This document shows positions 34,132 to 44,025 of a stretch of DNA of 63,166 bases, in pieces. Made by a program: the position numbers and the translations under genes. The stretch lies in IMG/VR virus record IMGVR_UViG_3300037191_001756, positions 1-63,166 of that record. One strand, given 5' to 3'. Under the pieces are notes generated by a model. That model was not told the origin of the DNA, made no database searches, and saw only the letters and a list, made by a program, of their open reading frames with translations. This DNA comes from a virus (taxonomy: Duplodnaviria > Caudoviricetes). Numbering within the stretch: position 1 is the first letter of the stretch; each line of letters begins with the position of its first letter.

Positions 34132-37100
34132 CTATCTTTTAGAAGGAATAAAATTAACTTTTAAATAGTTTAAAGTCAATTTTATATTAGTAAAGGTATT
34201 GAATTCTAACCTAATTCCCAAGTATTTGTCTCTAATAAGTTCTACTTCATTCCAATTTTTGTCAAAACTAACTACAGAAGCATTAAGTTCAGGTAAAAAG
34301 CTTGTTTCTTTGATGATAGTACTCTCATAATCTATAACATAATCTCTTATACTATTGACTTTCCAAATATTTTCTCCATAAGAAGCTTCTACTTCAGGTA
34401 AATTAGTTGTACCTGAATTAAAATAATTTTCTATTTCTTTTAAAACTATCTCTAATTCTCCTGAATATTGTTTTCTAGTATAAAAAGAAACTTTATCAAA
34501 AGTAATTTTTTTATTTTTAAATCCTTTTAAAGAATTATCATATTCTTCAGCTTTTGATACTATAGATAATTCTTCCCAAGTTACATTAGTAAGAGGGTTA
34601 GCTACTGCAATACAATCTACTATAAAAGATTGTTGTGAATTATAAAAAGTCAAGTAACTCCCTTTAATATTATGTTTCCATATTGAAGTAATTACACTAA
34701 AAGACAATCCTGTGACAGAAAATAAATCACTTCTAGTATTAAAGTAATAGTAAGGAATGTAAGAATGAAGTCCAACCCAACTCTGAGTTTTAAAAGAGTA
34801 AGATAATGTCCAAGGATTATTACCATACTTTGTAAGTAAAACTCTTTCAAATTCTCTATCATAAGCTGATATAAAACTTGAAGAACCTATTAATTCTTCT
34901 CTAAACTTAAAGTTCATTACTTTGTCAGTCAAAGGTTTTAAACTTTGTCCATCAAATTGATAGTATCTTCCTTCTCCTTTAGATAAAAAGAATGTTCCAT
35001 AAGGAGTTTTTATAGTTGCCCACTTATCTCCTATTTCAACTCCTGCTGACAAACCATCAGCATCCACTATTTTTCTACTAGGTATATTAAAGTAATCTCC
35101 TGTTCCTAAAAAAGATACTATTTCACTAGTTACTCTCTCTTGGAAATTTTGAGGTTGGTGCCATAATATTTTTTCTGTATGAATAAATATATTATTTTTC
35201 ATTACAAATAAATCAGTAATTTCTCCCCCTTCTCCTGATATATCTTTATAATTATTAGGCAAGAAAACTCTAAAATTATCAAAAGAGTCTTCACTAAAGC
35301 TTTGATTGGATTTCCAGATTCTATGAGGAAATTTCTCTATACAAGTACTACAGTAATCGTAAGTGTTTGAAATAGCAAAAAAAGCTTTTTGTCTTTCTCT
35401 TCTTTCATAGTCAGGGTTTATTTCATATAACTCAGCTCTACAAAAACCTAAGTAAGCTCTTCCTTGACTTTTATCTTGGTCAACTATGCTTACTTTGTCT
35501 AGTAAGTGTGAGTTAGCTATTTCTCTTACATGATTTAAACTAGGAGATGGTAGAAAATCACTAACAGCTAAGTTAGATTCAATTCTTAATCCCATATTAA
35601 TTTGGGACTCAAAAAATACATCCTTAAGTGTGTCCATAAACCACTGTATCTCGTCATCAGTAGTAGTACTTTCAGGAGGATTACTTGTTAGTACATCAAA
35701 CTCTGCTTGAATATCAGAATCTAATATGGTGTCTTTTAAACCTTCTTCATGCAAGTCAGTGTAAGCTCTTGCTATATTGGCTTGTTTAATCCCTGATGAT
35801 AACATAGAGATACCAAAACTAACAGCTGCAATACCTGGTGCTGCTGACAAACCTGCTGTAGCCACACTTAATAAAATTAGAGCAGCTCCTGCTATTATAG
35901 CATAGACTCCGAGTATGAATTTCCAAACTCCTTTCTTAAGTCTTCTTGTGTTAAGAATTCTAATGTCATAAAATACACTAGAAGAGTAAGACATAGAAGA
36001 TACAAAAGAGTCTCCTTTTTTAACTAACTTGGTGACTACGGCACCATTAGTAGCTTGCTCCATATTGCTATGGCACTTATAATAAGCTCTATTATCAAAA
36101 TCAGAGTATTGATTTACAACATCTCTAGTTAATAGTATGTAAGGATACTTGTTTCCAATTACATCATAGTCTACATCTTCATTTAAAACTACAAATCCTA
36201 CTTTATTATCTGAAGATAGATTAAAAACATCGGTTCCTGAGTCTAATTGATAAGACTCTAGAGTATCAAGATAAAATACTTCATCTACTGTTAAACTTAA
36301 AGCATTACTTTTAGTGAAAGATAAATTGTTTTCTCTTATTGCAGTGTGTAAAGTAAAACCATCTGAATCTCTAGACCTTCTTTTATGAACATCAGGATTG
36401 TAAGAAGTTCCTGCTTGAGCATCTTCTACTTTATTAGTTCTTAAGTAAGTGTCTCCAACTGTATAGTAGCCTTCATGTTTTATATTAAATCCTGTGTGTT
36501 TATTATTTTTAAACTTAAACTGAGGATTAATTAAAGCAAATACAGTTTTAGAATATATTGAATTATTAGAAGGAGATTTATCATTATTTAAGACATGATG
36601 AGCGTAGTACCCATCAGTGTTGTTTTCTATGACAGGAGTTAGAATAGCACTATCAATTATCACTTTGTCATATTCTGTTCTTTCTGCTTGAACTATGTAA
36701 TACCCAATTATTTTTTCTGTGTCAAATACTGTGGGAATTTCAATATTAGAAAAATCTAAGAAAGCCATATCAGTAAAATGACCTGAAGCAGTTTTTATGT
36801 ATAAGTCTGTATTAAATTCTGTTCTTGTAGGCAATCTGTGATGTCTTACATTTTCTCCTTCTAAAACATCCCCTTGAAAATCTAATGACCAATAATCTAC
36901 ACAATCTCCTTTATCATCATAGACTTTTGTAATTGTATTATCAGTACTCATGTTTGTAGAAGAAGTAGCACTTTTACCAGGAATATGGAATACAGGAGAT
37001 GTAAATCCTTTCTCAAATACATATACAATACCAAAAGCATATAGTTCTCCAAACTGATAACTAACTTCTGTAGTATGCACATTACTAGATTTGTATCCTC

Positions 37101-38214
37101 TTTCTGTAGCAGCAGTATCATCTCTTATAGAATCTATTTTCCTATTTTGAGTAGATAAGCTAACATTGATTTTAGAAGCATACTTTTGTAAGCTACCCCA
37201 ACTAGCACTTGGACCTTCTGTATTAGCTAGTAATAACATATTATCTACAGTATCAATATGTTTAGCTGAAGAAATATAATTAGTAAACTGTTGTACTTCA
37301 GCAAGACTGCCTTCAAACAATTTACTGTCATCAGAATACACATGGATATTCTGAGTAGTTTTAATATAGTCTGTATAAGATACTTCATTTATTAAACCTA
37401 TTCCTGTGTTAGCTTTTATAACAGCTACTCTGTAATAAGGGAATGTAGTGTCTAATTCATTTATTTTTAACTCTATAGATTTATTAGTATCTATAGAAGT
37501 ATGGTAGAAACTACTTTTAGAAGTAGACCCTCCAATGTTTTCGTAAGAAGAGTATTGGTCATCATTATAAATATTTATAGTATCACTTACTAAAAAGAAT
37601 TCTAAAGAATTGAAATCTTCATCTATATACTGAATAGCAAAATTATAACTACCAGGAGATAATGAGCCACCTGAAGCTTCTCTTACATAATCAAAATTAG
37701 CTTTACTATTTCCAATTTGAAATAAACTTAATTTATCTATTCTAAAAGAGCTACTTACAAAATAATCAGATATAGAGTCTATGTTAATTCTTCTAGGTTC
37801 ATTTAATCCATCTGTAAAATAAACAGTTCTTTCACAACCTTTTCTAAGCCTGTAAACTGAATCTATTTTATAATTAGAATTAAAACCTAAAGCTTCATTT
37901 ATTAAAACAGTATTAGTTTTTCCATTAAATATAGAAATTATATCTTTTCCTGATACATCATTGGAGATAAATAGTAATACATTATCTTCATCAATGTTCT
38001 GTGAACCAATCACAGTATATGCGTAATCTTCTTCTACACCTAAATTTAAATCAGATATTAAAACATTACCTCTTTCTGTAGTTAAAGAACCTAATTCTCC
38101 ATTATCTTCTTCTACTACAGCATTTACAGCAAACCTATAAGTATTCTTAGGTTGCTCTTCAAAAGAGGTATTCAAACTAATACCACCTATAGGTTTAACT
38201 ATAACTTCTTTCAT
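34132..38214 (-). CDS. tail muzzle / stabilization protein (P22 gp10-like)
   Basis: 1360 aa, beta-rich; VYFTDGLNEPRRINI, GELYAFGIVY, FRVFLPNNY..GEIT, WTLSYS..WVGLHSY; synteny. Confidence 0.85.
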   Translation of the reverse strand: MKEVIVKPIGGISLNTSFEEQPKNTYRFAVNAVVEEDNGELGSLTTERGNVLISDLNLGVEEDYAYTVIGSQNIDEDNVLLFISNDVSGKDIISIFNGKTNTVLINEALGFNSNYKIDSVYRLRKGCERTVYFTDGLNEPRRINIDSISDYFVSSSFRIDKLSLFQIGNSKANFDYVREASGGSLSPGSYNFAIQYIDEDFNSLEFFLVSDTINIYNDDQYSSYENIGGSTSKSSFYHTSIDTNKSIELKINELDTTFPYYRVAVIKANTGIGLINEVSYTDYIKTTQNIHVYSDDSKLFEGSLAEVQQFTNYISSAKHIDTVDNMLLLANTEGPSASWGSLQKYASKINVSLSTQNRKIDSIRDDTAATERGYKSSNVHTTEVSYQFGELYAFGIVYVFEKGFTSPVFHIPGKSATSSTNMSTDNTITKVYDDKGDCVDYWSLDFQGDVLEGENVRHHRLPTRTEFNTDLYIKTASGHFTDMAFLDFSNIEIPTVFDTEKIIGYYIVQAERTEYDKVIIDSAILTPVIENNTDGYYAHHVLNNDKSPSNNSIYSKTVFALINPQFKFKNNKHTGFNIKHEGYYTVGDTYLRTNKVEDAQAGTSYNPDVHKRRSRDSDGFTLHTAIRENNLSFTKSNALSLTVDEVFYLDTLESYQLDSGTDVFNLSSDNKVGFVVLNEDVDYDVIGNKYPYILLTRDVVNQYSDFDNRAYYKCHSNMEQATNGAVVTKLVKKGDSFVSSMSYSSSVFYDIRILNTRRLKKGVWKFILGVYAIIAGAALILLSVATAGLSAAPGIAAVSFGISMLSSGIKQANIARAYTDLHEEGLKDTILDSDIQAEFDVLTSNPPESTTTDDEIQWFMDTLKDVFFESQINMGLRIESNLAVSDFLPSPSLNHVREIANSHLLDKVSIVDQDKSQGRAYLGFCRAELYEINPDYERRERQKAFFAISNTYDYCSTCIEKFPHRIWKSNQSFSEDSFDNFRVFLPNNYKDISGEGGEITDLFVMKNNIFIHTEKILWHQPQNFQERVTSEIVSFLGTGDYFNIPSRKIVDADGLSAGVEIGDKWATIKTPYGTFFLSKGEGRYYQFDGQSLKPLTDKVMNFKFREELIGSSSFISAYDREFERVLLTKYGNNPWTLSYSFKTQSWVGLHSYIPYYYFNTRSDLFSVTGLSFSVITSIWKHNIKGSYLTFYNSQQSFIVDCIAVANPLTNVTWEELSIVSKAEEYDNSLKGFKNKKITFDKVSFYTRKQYSGELEIVLKEIENYFNSGTTNLPEVEASYGENIWKVNSIRDYVIDYESTIIKETSFLPELNASVVSFDKNWNEVELIRDKYLGIRLEFNTFTNIKLTLNYLKVNFIPSKR

Positions 38215-38216
38215 TA

Positions 38217-39275
38217 TTATATTTTTACCATTTCTATAGTCATTGCTAAATTATTTACATTACCTGTAATTGTAGTAGCTTCAAATTTTAAAAATTGATG
38301 ATTAGCACTGTTTATACTGTAGAAAAGGCTAGTACTAGCTGTACCAGAAGCAGCATTTAAAGTCGTAGAACCTATCACATTGTTTGCTCTGTCTTTAATC
38401 GTAATTAAAACTGTCCCAACTCCTACATCACAACATTGTATAAATTCATATATTTGATGAGTATTTCCAAAAGTTGTAAATGAAAGAGCCATAGACCCTA
38501 CAATGTCACCATTATTAGCAGATGTTAAAGCATTACTAAACACAGACACAGGTAGGTATTTTCTAGGCTCAGGTTTATCCAACAAATACAATTTACTGTC
38601 TCCTGTAAAATACCAAGCATAAGTATAGTCAGTAGTTAATGTAGTTGTACCATTAAAATAAATTACTCTGTTCTTTATACTACCTTGTACTGCGGCTGAC
38701 AATCCCACTAAATGATTTCTTATTTCTGTATTAGTAGGGTGCCCTGTAATACCAGGTGTAAAAACTGATGAATTTACAAAATAAGCTGAAGTATAAGTAT
38801 GTGTTACAGAGCCATCATTTGTAACATTTAAAGCTCTAGGAATTTCAACTCCAGGATGTATGATTGGTAAAGTAGTACTACTAATACCCATTCTGTACTT
38901 ATTATTAGTAGAGTACATTGTAGCTTGACCAGTGTTACCAACACCTATAGAAGCATACGATGAAGCTGCATTATTTTGTAGCTCCGCATAAGCTGCTGTA
39001 GTTTGTAATTTACTATGGGAACCTCCAATAGTACCACTAATAATCTTATTAGATAGGATACCATGAAGAACAATTTCAGCAGCATTACTAAGATTTAAGT
39101 TTTTAGTACCCATATCTACAGTTCTATCAGCAATTGCAGCATTTAATGTCCCTTCAGTAATATTAACTGGGTCTACGTCAGGAGCTTCTGCTCCTTCTAA
39201 TAGTTTAACTCTTTTTAAAAGTTTAGCTCCTAAATGGTCAACTTTTTTGTCTACTCTTTCTATGTCTTTAAACAT
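38217..39275 (-). CDS. putative virion fibre/spike protein
   Basis: T/S/N/G-rich beta protein with a short N-terminal coiled coil, within the tail module. Confidence 0.5.
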   Translation of the reverse strand: MFKDIERVDKKVDHLGAKLLKRVKLLEGAEAPDVDPVNITEGTLNAAIADRTVDMGTKNLNLSNAAEIVLHGILSNKIISGTIGGSHSKLQTTAAYAELQNNAASSYASIGVGNTGQATMYSTNNKYRMGISSTTLPIIHPGVEIPRALNVTNDGSVTHTYTSAYFVNSSVFTPGITGHPTNTEIRNHLVGLSAAVQGSIKNRVIYFNGTTTLTTDYTYAWYFTGDSKLYLLDKPEPRKYLPVSVFSNALTSANNGDIVGSMALSFTTFGNTHQIYEFIQCCDVGVGTVLITIKDRANNVIGSTTLNAASGTASTSLFYSINSANHQFLKFEATTITGNVNNLAMTIEMVKI

Positions 39276-39287
39276 TGTTCTTTGTTT

Positions 39288-40241
39288 TTAATTAGTTAAA
39301 TTTTCATTAAGTATATAAGAAGCACTAGCTTCTTTCGATAAGTCACTAAACATGTCTCCAAATACTTTTAAACTTGGTAACATTTTATAAGTGTTTTGAT
39401 AGATATTATCCATAGTAGCTAAGTCAGGCATCATAGCATCATTTTTAGCTTGTTTACAATACTTTAACCATCTGGCTTCAAATCTATCATTAAGTGATAC
39501 AGAACCCTGTACTCCTCTTAGCATTTGTACTTCAGCGTGTTTCCACAGTAAGTAGTATTGTATAGCTGATAGATGACTTTGATTGTCAATTACCATAGGT
39601 ACCTCTCCTGAATTAAAATCTTCTAAGTAAGAAACTGCTACTACACCTTCTTCAAAAGTGAATCTAAATTCTCTATTGTGCAAGATAGTGTATTCATAGC
39701 TAGAAGTAGAATATAATTCTTTCCAATTTTGTTCTTTACATACATTACTTTTAAATAATGTGTTAGTAGAAGCTCTGATTGGAACAAATCTTTTACCACT
39801 ATTGTAAGAGACTGAATTAGTCCATTGATTATAAGTTATTGGAAAAGGATTGTAGTAAGGACTGGGTCTATAAAAAGCTACAGGAACTTCACACAAAGGA
39901 CTTCCATCACAAGCTAATAATACTCCTTCGTCTACATTACAATCAGCTACAGTAGTTGTTGTTGATACAGTAGGTATTACTTCTGCTGTTTTACAAAATA
40001 ATTCAGTAGGAGATTCATCTCTGGCTACTTGTAATAAAGATTTAAAATACTTAGGTAATGGAGCTTGATAATTCTTGACTTCTAAAAATATCAAAGTTTG
40101 TTTTAATACAGTTGGAGTACTTAAAAAGTTATTAGCTTCTCCAATCCATTCATATATATCATCTACATTGATATCACCTGTTCCTACAGTTCTCATAAAA
40201 GAACTTATTACCCTATCTGATTTTATTAAATTATAACTCAT
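39288..40241 (-). CDS. tail ring / tubular protein (P22 gp4-like)
   Basis: DIYEWIGEA, EVKNYQAPLP, AIQYYL, WLKYCKQAK; crAss ring-protein position upstream of the muzzle. Confidence 0.75.
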   Translation of the reverse strand: MSYNLIKSDRVISSFMRTVGTGDINVDDIYEWIGEANNFLSTPTVLKQTLIFLEVKNYQAPLPKYFKSLLQVARDESPTELFCKTAEVIPTVSTTTTVADCNVDEGVLLACDGSPLCEVPVAFYRPSPYYNPFPITYNQWTNSVSYNSGKRFVPIRASTNTLFKSNVCKEQNWKELYSTSSYEYTILHNREFRFTFEEGVVAVSYLEDFNSGEVPMVIDNQSHLSAIQYYLLWKHAEVQMLRGVQGSVSLNDRFEARWLKYCKQAKNDAMMPDLATMDNIYQNTYKMLPSLKVFGDMFSDLSKEASASYILNENLTN

Positions 40242-40798
40242 AGTTTTAAACCTTTTCTTATTAACTCTGCAAACCTAGCTTTAAAAATATAATCTGATAA
40301 AGAAAAATGATAAAAACTAGAGTTTTTGACAGCTCCCCTAGGTTTTCTCCAACTTACTCTATAAGACTTATATTCACTGTGTTCATTGGTATAAAATATT
40401 CTCGTCTTCTTTTCTTTTTCTTCAGGGTGTTCAGCCCATAATTTTTTAGTTCTTTGCCAATCAACAGGAGCCACTACATTACCATTAGCATTAGGTTCAA
40501 AAGAAGTTAATTTACTTTTGATTCTCAAACCACCTAATTTAAATGGCATTTTTATAGTATAGCCTTCCATCAAAAGTTCATAAATTAATATTACAAGTTC
40601 TTTGATTATAATAGCATAATTCTTCTTAGTTATCCTACTGTTTAATGGTACAGACTTTTTGTGTAACATATAAGCATCCTCAGTAGTATATGTCTTTTTA
40701 TCAGGTAATTCATCAAAGTTTACTTTAATGTTTTTTACCCCTACTGTCCAATCTATTTTAGGGTATTTTTTAATCCCTCTTTGATGTTCTGTAGCCAT
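40238..40798 (-). CDS. crAss IHF/HU-like DNA-binding protein
   Basis: EGYTIKMPFKLGGLRIK, VDWQRTKKLW, IFYTNEHS; located between two ring genes. Confidence 0.75.
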   Translation of the reverse strand: MATEHQRGIKKYPKIDWTVGVKNIKVNFDELPDKKTYTTEDAYMLHKKSVPLNSRITKKNYAIIIKELVILIYELLMEGYTIKMPFKLGGLRIKSKLTSFEPNANGNVVAPVDWQRTKKLWAEHPEEKEKKTRIFYTNEHSEYKSYRVSWRKPRGAVKNSSFYHFSLSDYIFKARFAELIRKGLKL

Positions 40799-41493
40799 TA
40801 TTTTGATTGTTGAGTCAGAGAATCTTGATTATTATTAGTTAAATCTTCTCTCATTTGAGAAAACTCTTTAACCAACTCTTGATTAGTTAATCCAATCATT
40901 GGCTCAATTAGTGACTCTTGTATTTTAAATTCTGTATCTAAATAAGAAATACAACTTTCACAATCTACACAATCTACTTCACAATCACTAGCCACAGGTT
41001 CTAAAAAATTAGAAAGTATTACTTTTATAGTAATGTAACTTGGTAAATTATTTCCATAAAGATATAGATAACCACCTTCGTATATAGCTTTATCAGTTCC
41101 TGAAAACCTATTTCCTGAACTAAATTTATATTCTATGGTTGTTGTTAAACTAAATACTCTTCTTTTATCTAAAGAAGTAACATACTCTATTTTAATATCA
41201 TTTCTACCTTTAAATAATTTAGGTAGTTTACTTTCTGTTCTGTATACTTTACAACCAAGAGAAGGCAAACAAGGACAATCATAAGGTAATTGAGGACTTA
41301 CTTTTATACACTCTAATATAGAGAAATCATCTTCCCCAAAAGAGTTTTTCTTTTGTTCATTCTGCTTATATAGTAAAGCTCTTACAGATATTAACTTATT
41401 AAATATATGTCTGTTAGATAATCTACTATCATCAGATTTTACTCCTTTAGAGTACAAACCTTGTACTCTTTGTATTATTTCTCTTATTGTCAT
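40798..41493 (-). CDS. tail ring protein
   Basis: MTIREII...DDSRLSNRHI...RALL...RTESKLP...GYLYL; C-terminal EDLTNN. Confidence 0.75.
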   Translation of the reverse strand: MTIREIIQRVQGLYSKGVKSDDSRLSNRHIFNKLISVRALLYKQNEQKKNSFGEDDFSILECIKVSPQLPYDCPCLPSLGCKVYRTESKLPKLFKGRNDIKIEYVTSLDKRRVFSLTTTIEYKFSSGNRFSGTDKAIYEGGYLYLYGNNLPSYITIKVILSNFLEPVASDCEVDCVDCESCISYLDTEFKIQESLIEPMIGLTNQELVKEFSQMREDLTNNNQDSLTQQSK

Positions 41494-42263
41494 TGTACAT
41501 TATTAAATACTCTTTCTAAAGATTTAAGACTTTCTTTTTTATACTCAGGAATTTTATACATTTGATAATTTCCATTTCTTCTCAACCAAATTAATACCAT
41601 ACCTTCTATATCAATTCCTACTACTTGTTCTAACATAATTTTATACATATTCAATTGAATTATATAATGAGAAAAAGCTTCATCTTTTAAGAAATCCCAT
41701 TCTCCTAACATATTTTTTTCAAAATGATTAAAGATGTTTTTATTAGTTTTATAATCTCCTAAAATTAATTTGTCAGTCTTTTCATTATATAAAAGTATAT
41801 CTCCTGTGCCACCAAACATATATTTAAAATGAAACATAGTTTGCTCCATAATTAAAGGGTGTATGTGAGAAGGCATTTCATCCCACCATTTTTTACAAGA
41901 TTCTTCTTGCTTATTACTTGGAATTAAACTTCTATCAAAAGGATACAATTCTCCAAATATATGAGTATTAGTACCTCCTCCTTTTCCATTTATACCTTCA
42001 GTAGAAATAGTGTTTAATACACTCCACTCTTCAAGATAATCTTCTTTAGACATGATACCAAGAGATTGCTCACTCTTTTTTATTGCTTGAGCTTCAGTGT
42101 CAAAAGGTTCATAAAAGTTTTTTATAACACCACTAGTAGATGTGTTTAATTCTTCACCTTTAACATAGTATTTGTGTATAGAGTCTTTAAAACTTAAATC
42201 TTTAAAAGCTTTTTCTAGTAAAGATTTAAGTTCGTTAATTCTGTTTTTTACTTCATTTTTCAT
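41490..42263 (-). CDS. PD-(D/E)XK nuclease
   Basis: HKY, GTNTH, E..GTGD..LGDYKTN, HYIIQLNMY. Confidence 0.85.
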   Translation of the reverse strand: MKNEVKNRINELKSLLEKAFKDLSFKDSIHKYYVKGEELNTSTSGVIKNFYEPFDTEAQAIKKSEQSLGIMSKEDYLEEWSVLNTISTEGINGKGGGTNTHIFGELYPFDRSLIPSNKQEESCKKWWDEMPSHIHPLIMEQTMFHFKYMFGGTGDILLYNEKTDKLILGDYKTNKNIFNHFEKNMLGEWDFLKDEAFSHYIIQLNMYKIMLEQVVGIDIEGMVLIWLRRNGNYQMYKIPEYKKESLKSLERVFNNVQ

Positions 42264-42292
42264 ACCCTAAAGATAGTAAATTATTAGGGTAT
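42262..42292. promoter_or_regulatory. 9-bp perfect inverted repeat overlapping the nuclease start codon
   Basis: ATACCCTAA-N13-TTAGGGTAT; contains TATCTTTA (near TAnnTTTG) on the minus strand. Confidence 0.5.
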
Positions 42293-42295
42293 TTC

Positions 42296-42688
42296 TTAAT
42301 TTTCATCTTCCTCAATAGCATTTTTTGTATGATTAAAATCTATTTTATTTAGAATCCAAACTATTAGTTTTCCTAGTTTTGTAAGTGTGTGTTTTAACTC
42401 ATTCTTACCAAGTACACTACTAATAGTTTCATCAGGGTTTCCGAATAAATGCTCTGATTTAATATTTATTAACGTCACATTAAATAACTCTTGACATAAA
42501 ACATTACCAAATTGGTCTAAACTGTATGCTAAGTTTTTAATAAATACCCCATAATAATGTAGTATGCTTTTTTTCTTGTATAAGAAAATTCCTATAAAGA
42601 AAACTAGACATGTGGAAGGAAGTATTAAAATTACTAAAAGTAATACAGCTGTTATCAATAGTAATATACTAATTAATAGTTTTCTCAT
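42296..42688 (-). CDS. phage membrane protein (possible holin or lysis accessory)
   Basis: Long hydrophobic N-terminus then SLDQFGN..FGNPDETISSVLGKN; likely start MRKLL at 42688. Confidence 0.6.
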   Translation of the reverse strand: MRKLLISILLLITAVLLLVILILPSTCLVFFIGIFLYKKKSILHYYGVFIKNLAYSLDQFGNVLCQELFNVTLINIKSEHLFGNPDETISSVLGKNELKHTLTKLGKLIVWILNKIDFNHTKNAIEEDEN

Positions 42689-42690
42689 AG

Positions 42691-43134
42691 TTATAGTATA
42701 AAAGCTCCCTCCCAACCATTCATTGGGGGGCACCAAGTTATCTCAATTAAACAGTAATCAAGATTATCATTTTTAAAATGGCATATATGAGGTAAACCTT
42801 TTCTTATAGTTAAAGTTTCATTTTTATTTAAAACTTTAGTATATTCAGGAGTTATCACAGTTATAGTACCTTCTCTGACAAGAATAGTTTCACTATTATT
42901 TTCATGGAAATGAGCTTCAAAAATACGACCTGCTTTAGCTTTAAATAAACAAGCAGAAACTTTAAGTTCTTTTTCAAGTACAGGAAGTCTAATCCACTCA
43001 TCATCTGTATTATTAAAACTAGACCAAACTAAAGGGATTTCAGGTATTACTACAGATTTTAATTTTTTTATCCCCAGTTTATTAATCCAATTAATACTTG
43101 ATAAAATCTTACGTACTTTACTTGTGTGACTCAT
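42691..43134 (-). CDS. cupin-domain protein
   Basis: AHFHENNSETILVREG...LTIRKGLPH cupin metal motifs. Confidence 0.8.
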   Translation of the reverse strand: MSHTSKVRKILSSINWINKLGIKKLKSVVIPEIPLVWSSFNNTDDEWIRLPVLEKELKVSACLFKAKAGRIFEAHFHENNSETILVREGTITVITPEYTKVLNKNETLTIRKGLPHICHFKNDNLDYCLIEITWCPPMNGWEGAFIL

Positions 43135-43139
43135 AACTA

Positions 43140-43466
43140 CTACTTTATAATTTTTTCTAAGTTATTTAGTGTTGAAATTATAGGGTTATTTACTAAGTCT
43201 AAAGTTTTACGAACTAGTAAGTTAGTATCTTTTAAAGTATTGTTTAAATCTTTTGTTCCTTCTGCAAATACCTGTAAAGATTTTAAATGCTCTTTTTCAT
43301 TCTCAGCTCTTTTATTATTTGCATCAATGTACAACTTAAATAAAATACCTATTACTGAAGTTAAAGTAGCTCCTATTGTAATAACTACTCCCCACAGTAA
43401 AGAGAATACTTCTTTTTGATTTTGTAGTAATTCTAGAGTTAATTTAGATGTTGCTAATTCATTCAT
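43140..43466 (-). CDS. holin-like membrane protein
   Basis: One TM helix followed by a coiled coil; after the tail fibre genes. Confidence 0.5.
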   Translation of the reverse strand: MNELATSKLTLELLQNQKEVFSLLWGVVITIGATLTSVIGILFKLYIDANNKRAENEKEHLKSLQVFAEGTKDLNNTLKDTNLLVRKTLDLVNNPIISTLNNLEKIIK

Positions 43467-44025
43467 TTGTTGATGTTAGTAAATTTAAAAATTGTTGTTT
43501 ATTTAAAATTGTGTAACCTAAAGACCTTAGCAAAAATAATTCTTTTCCATCTAAGTGCTTCTCAGGCTTATCTTTTGATTTAAATCCACTGTAATGGCTA
43601 TAACCTGAAATATAATGTTCTCCATTAACTTCAATTACAAGTTGACTATTAGCTACCCAGCTTTGCCAAGTGTGTGTATTTAGTGTGCCATCAATATCTT
43701 CGTATTCAAAATCTCTAATACTGAGAATGTTAGGATTTTCTTCTGTTCCCACATTGACATTATTAGGAATTTCATTTGTTAAAACTACTTTAATATAAGA
43801 TTGGTAGTTAAGTGCATTTCCTCCTAAAGACACAATATAGTCTATTACTCCATAACTTAGTAATTCATAAGTATTAGTATTATTACTTATTCCTGTGTAA
43901 GTAGATACTCCGTCAACTGTACTGATAACTGAAGCCCCTCCTAGTAATGCAGAGAGAGCTAAAGATTGAATTTGTTCGTTGTTAAGTATTTCTTTATAAG
44001 GTATTATGATTTTTATGAAATCCAT
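43459..44025 (-). CDS. hypothetical protein, tail-fibre associated
   Basis: 188-aa ORF overlapping the end of the fibre gene. Confidence 0.6.
   Translation of the reverse strand: MDFIKIIIPYKEILNNEQIQSLALSALLGGASVISTVDGVSTYTGISNNTNTYELLSYGVIDYIVSLGGNALNYQSYIKVVLTNEIPNNVNVGTEENPNILSIRDFEYEDIDGTLNTHTWQSWVANSQLVIEVNGEHYISGYSHYSGFKSKDKPEKHLDGKELFLLRSLGYTILNKQQFLNLLTSTNE

Noticed and set aside
41490-42263. Cas4 as part of a CRISPR system
   Set aside because: It lacks the four-Cys Fe-S cluster pattern and there is no array; an ordinary phage PD-(D/E)XK nuclease
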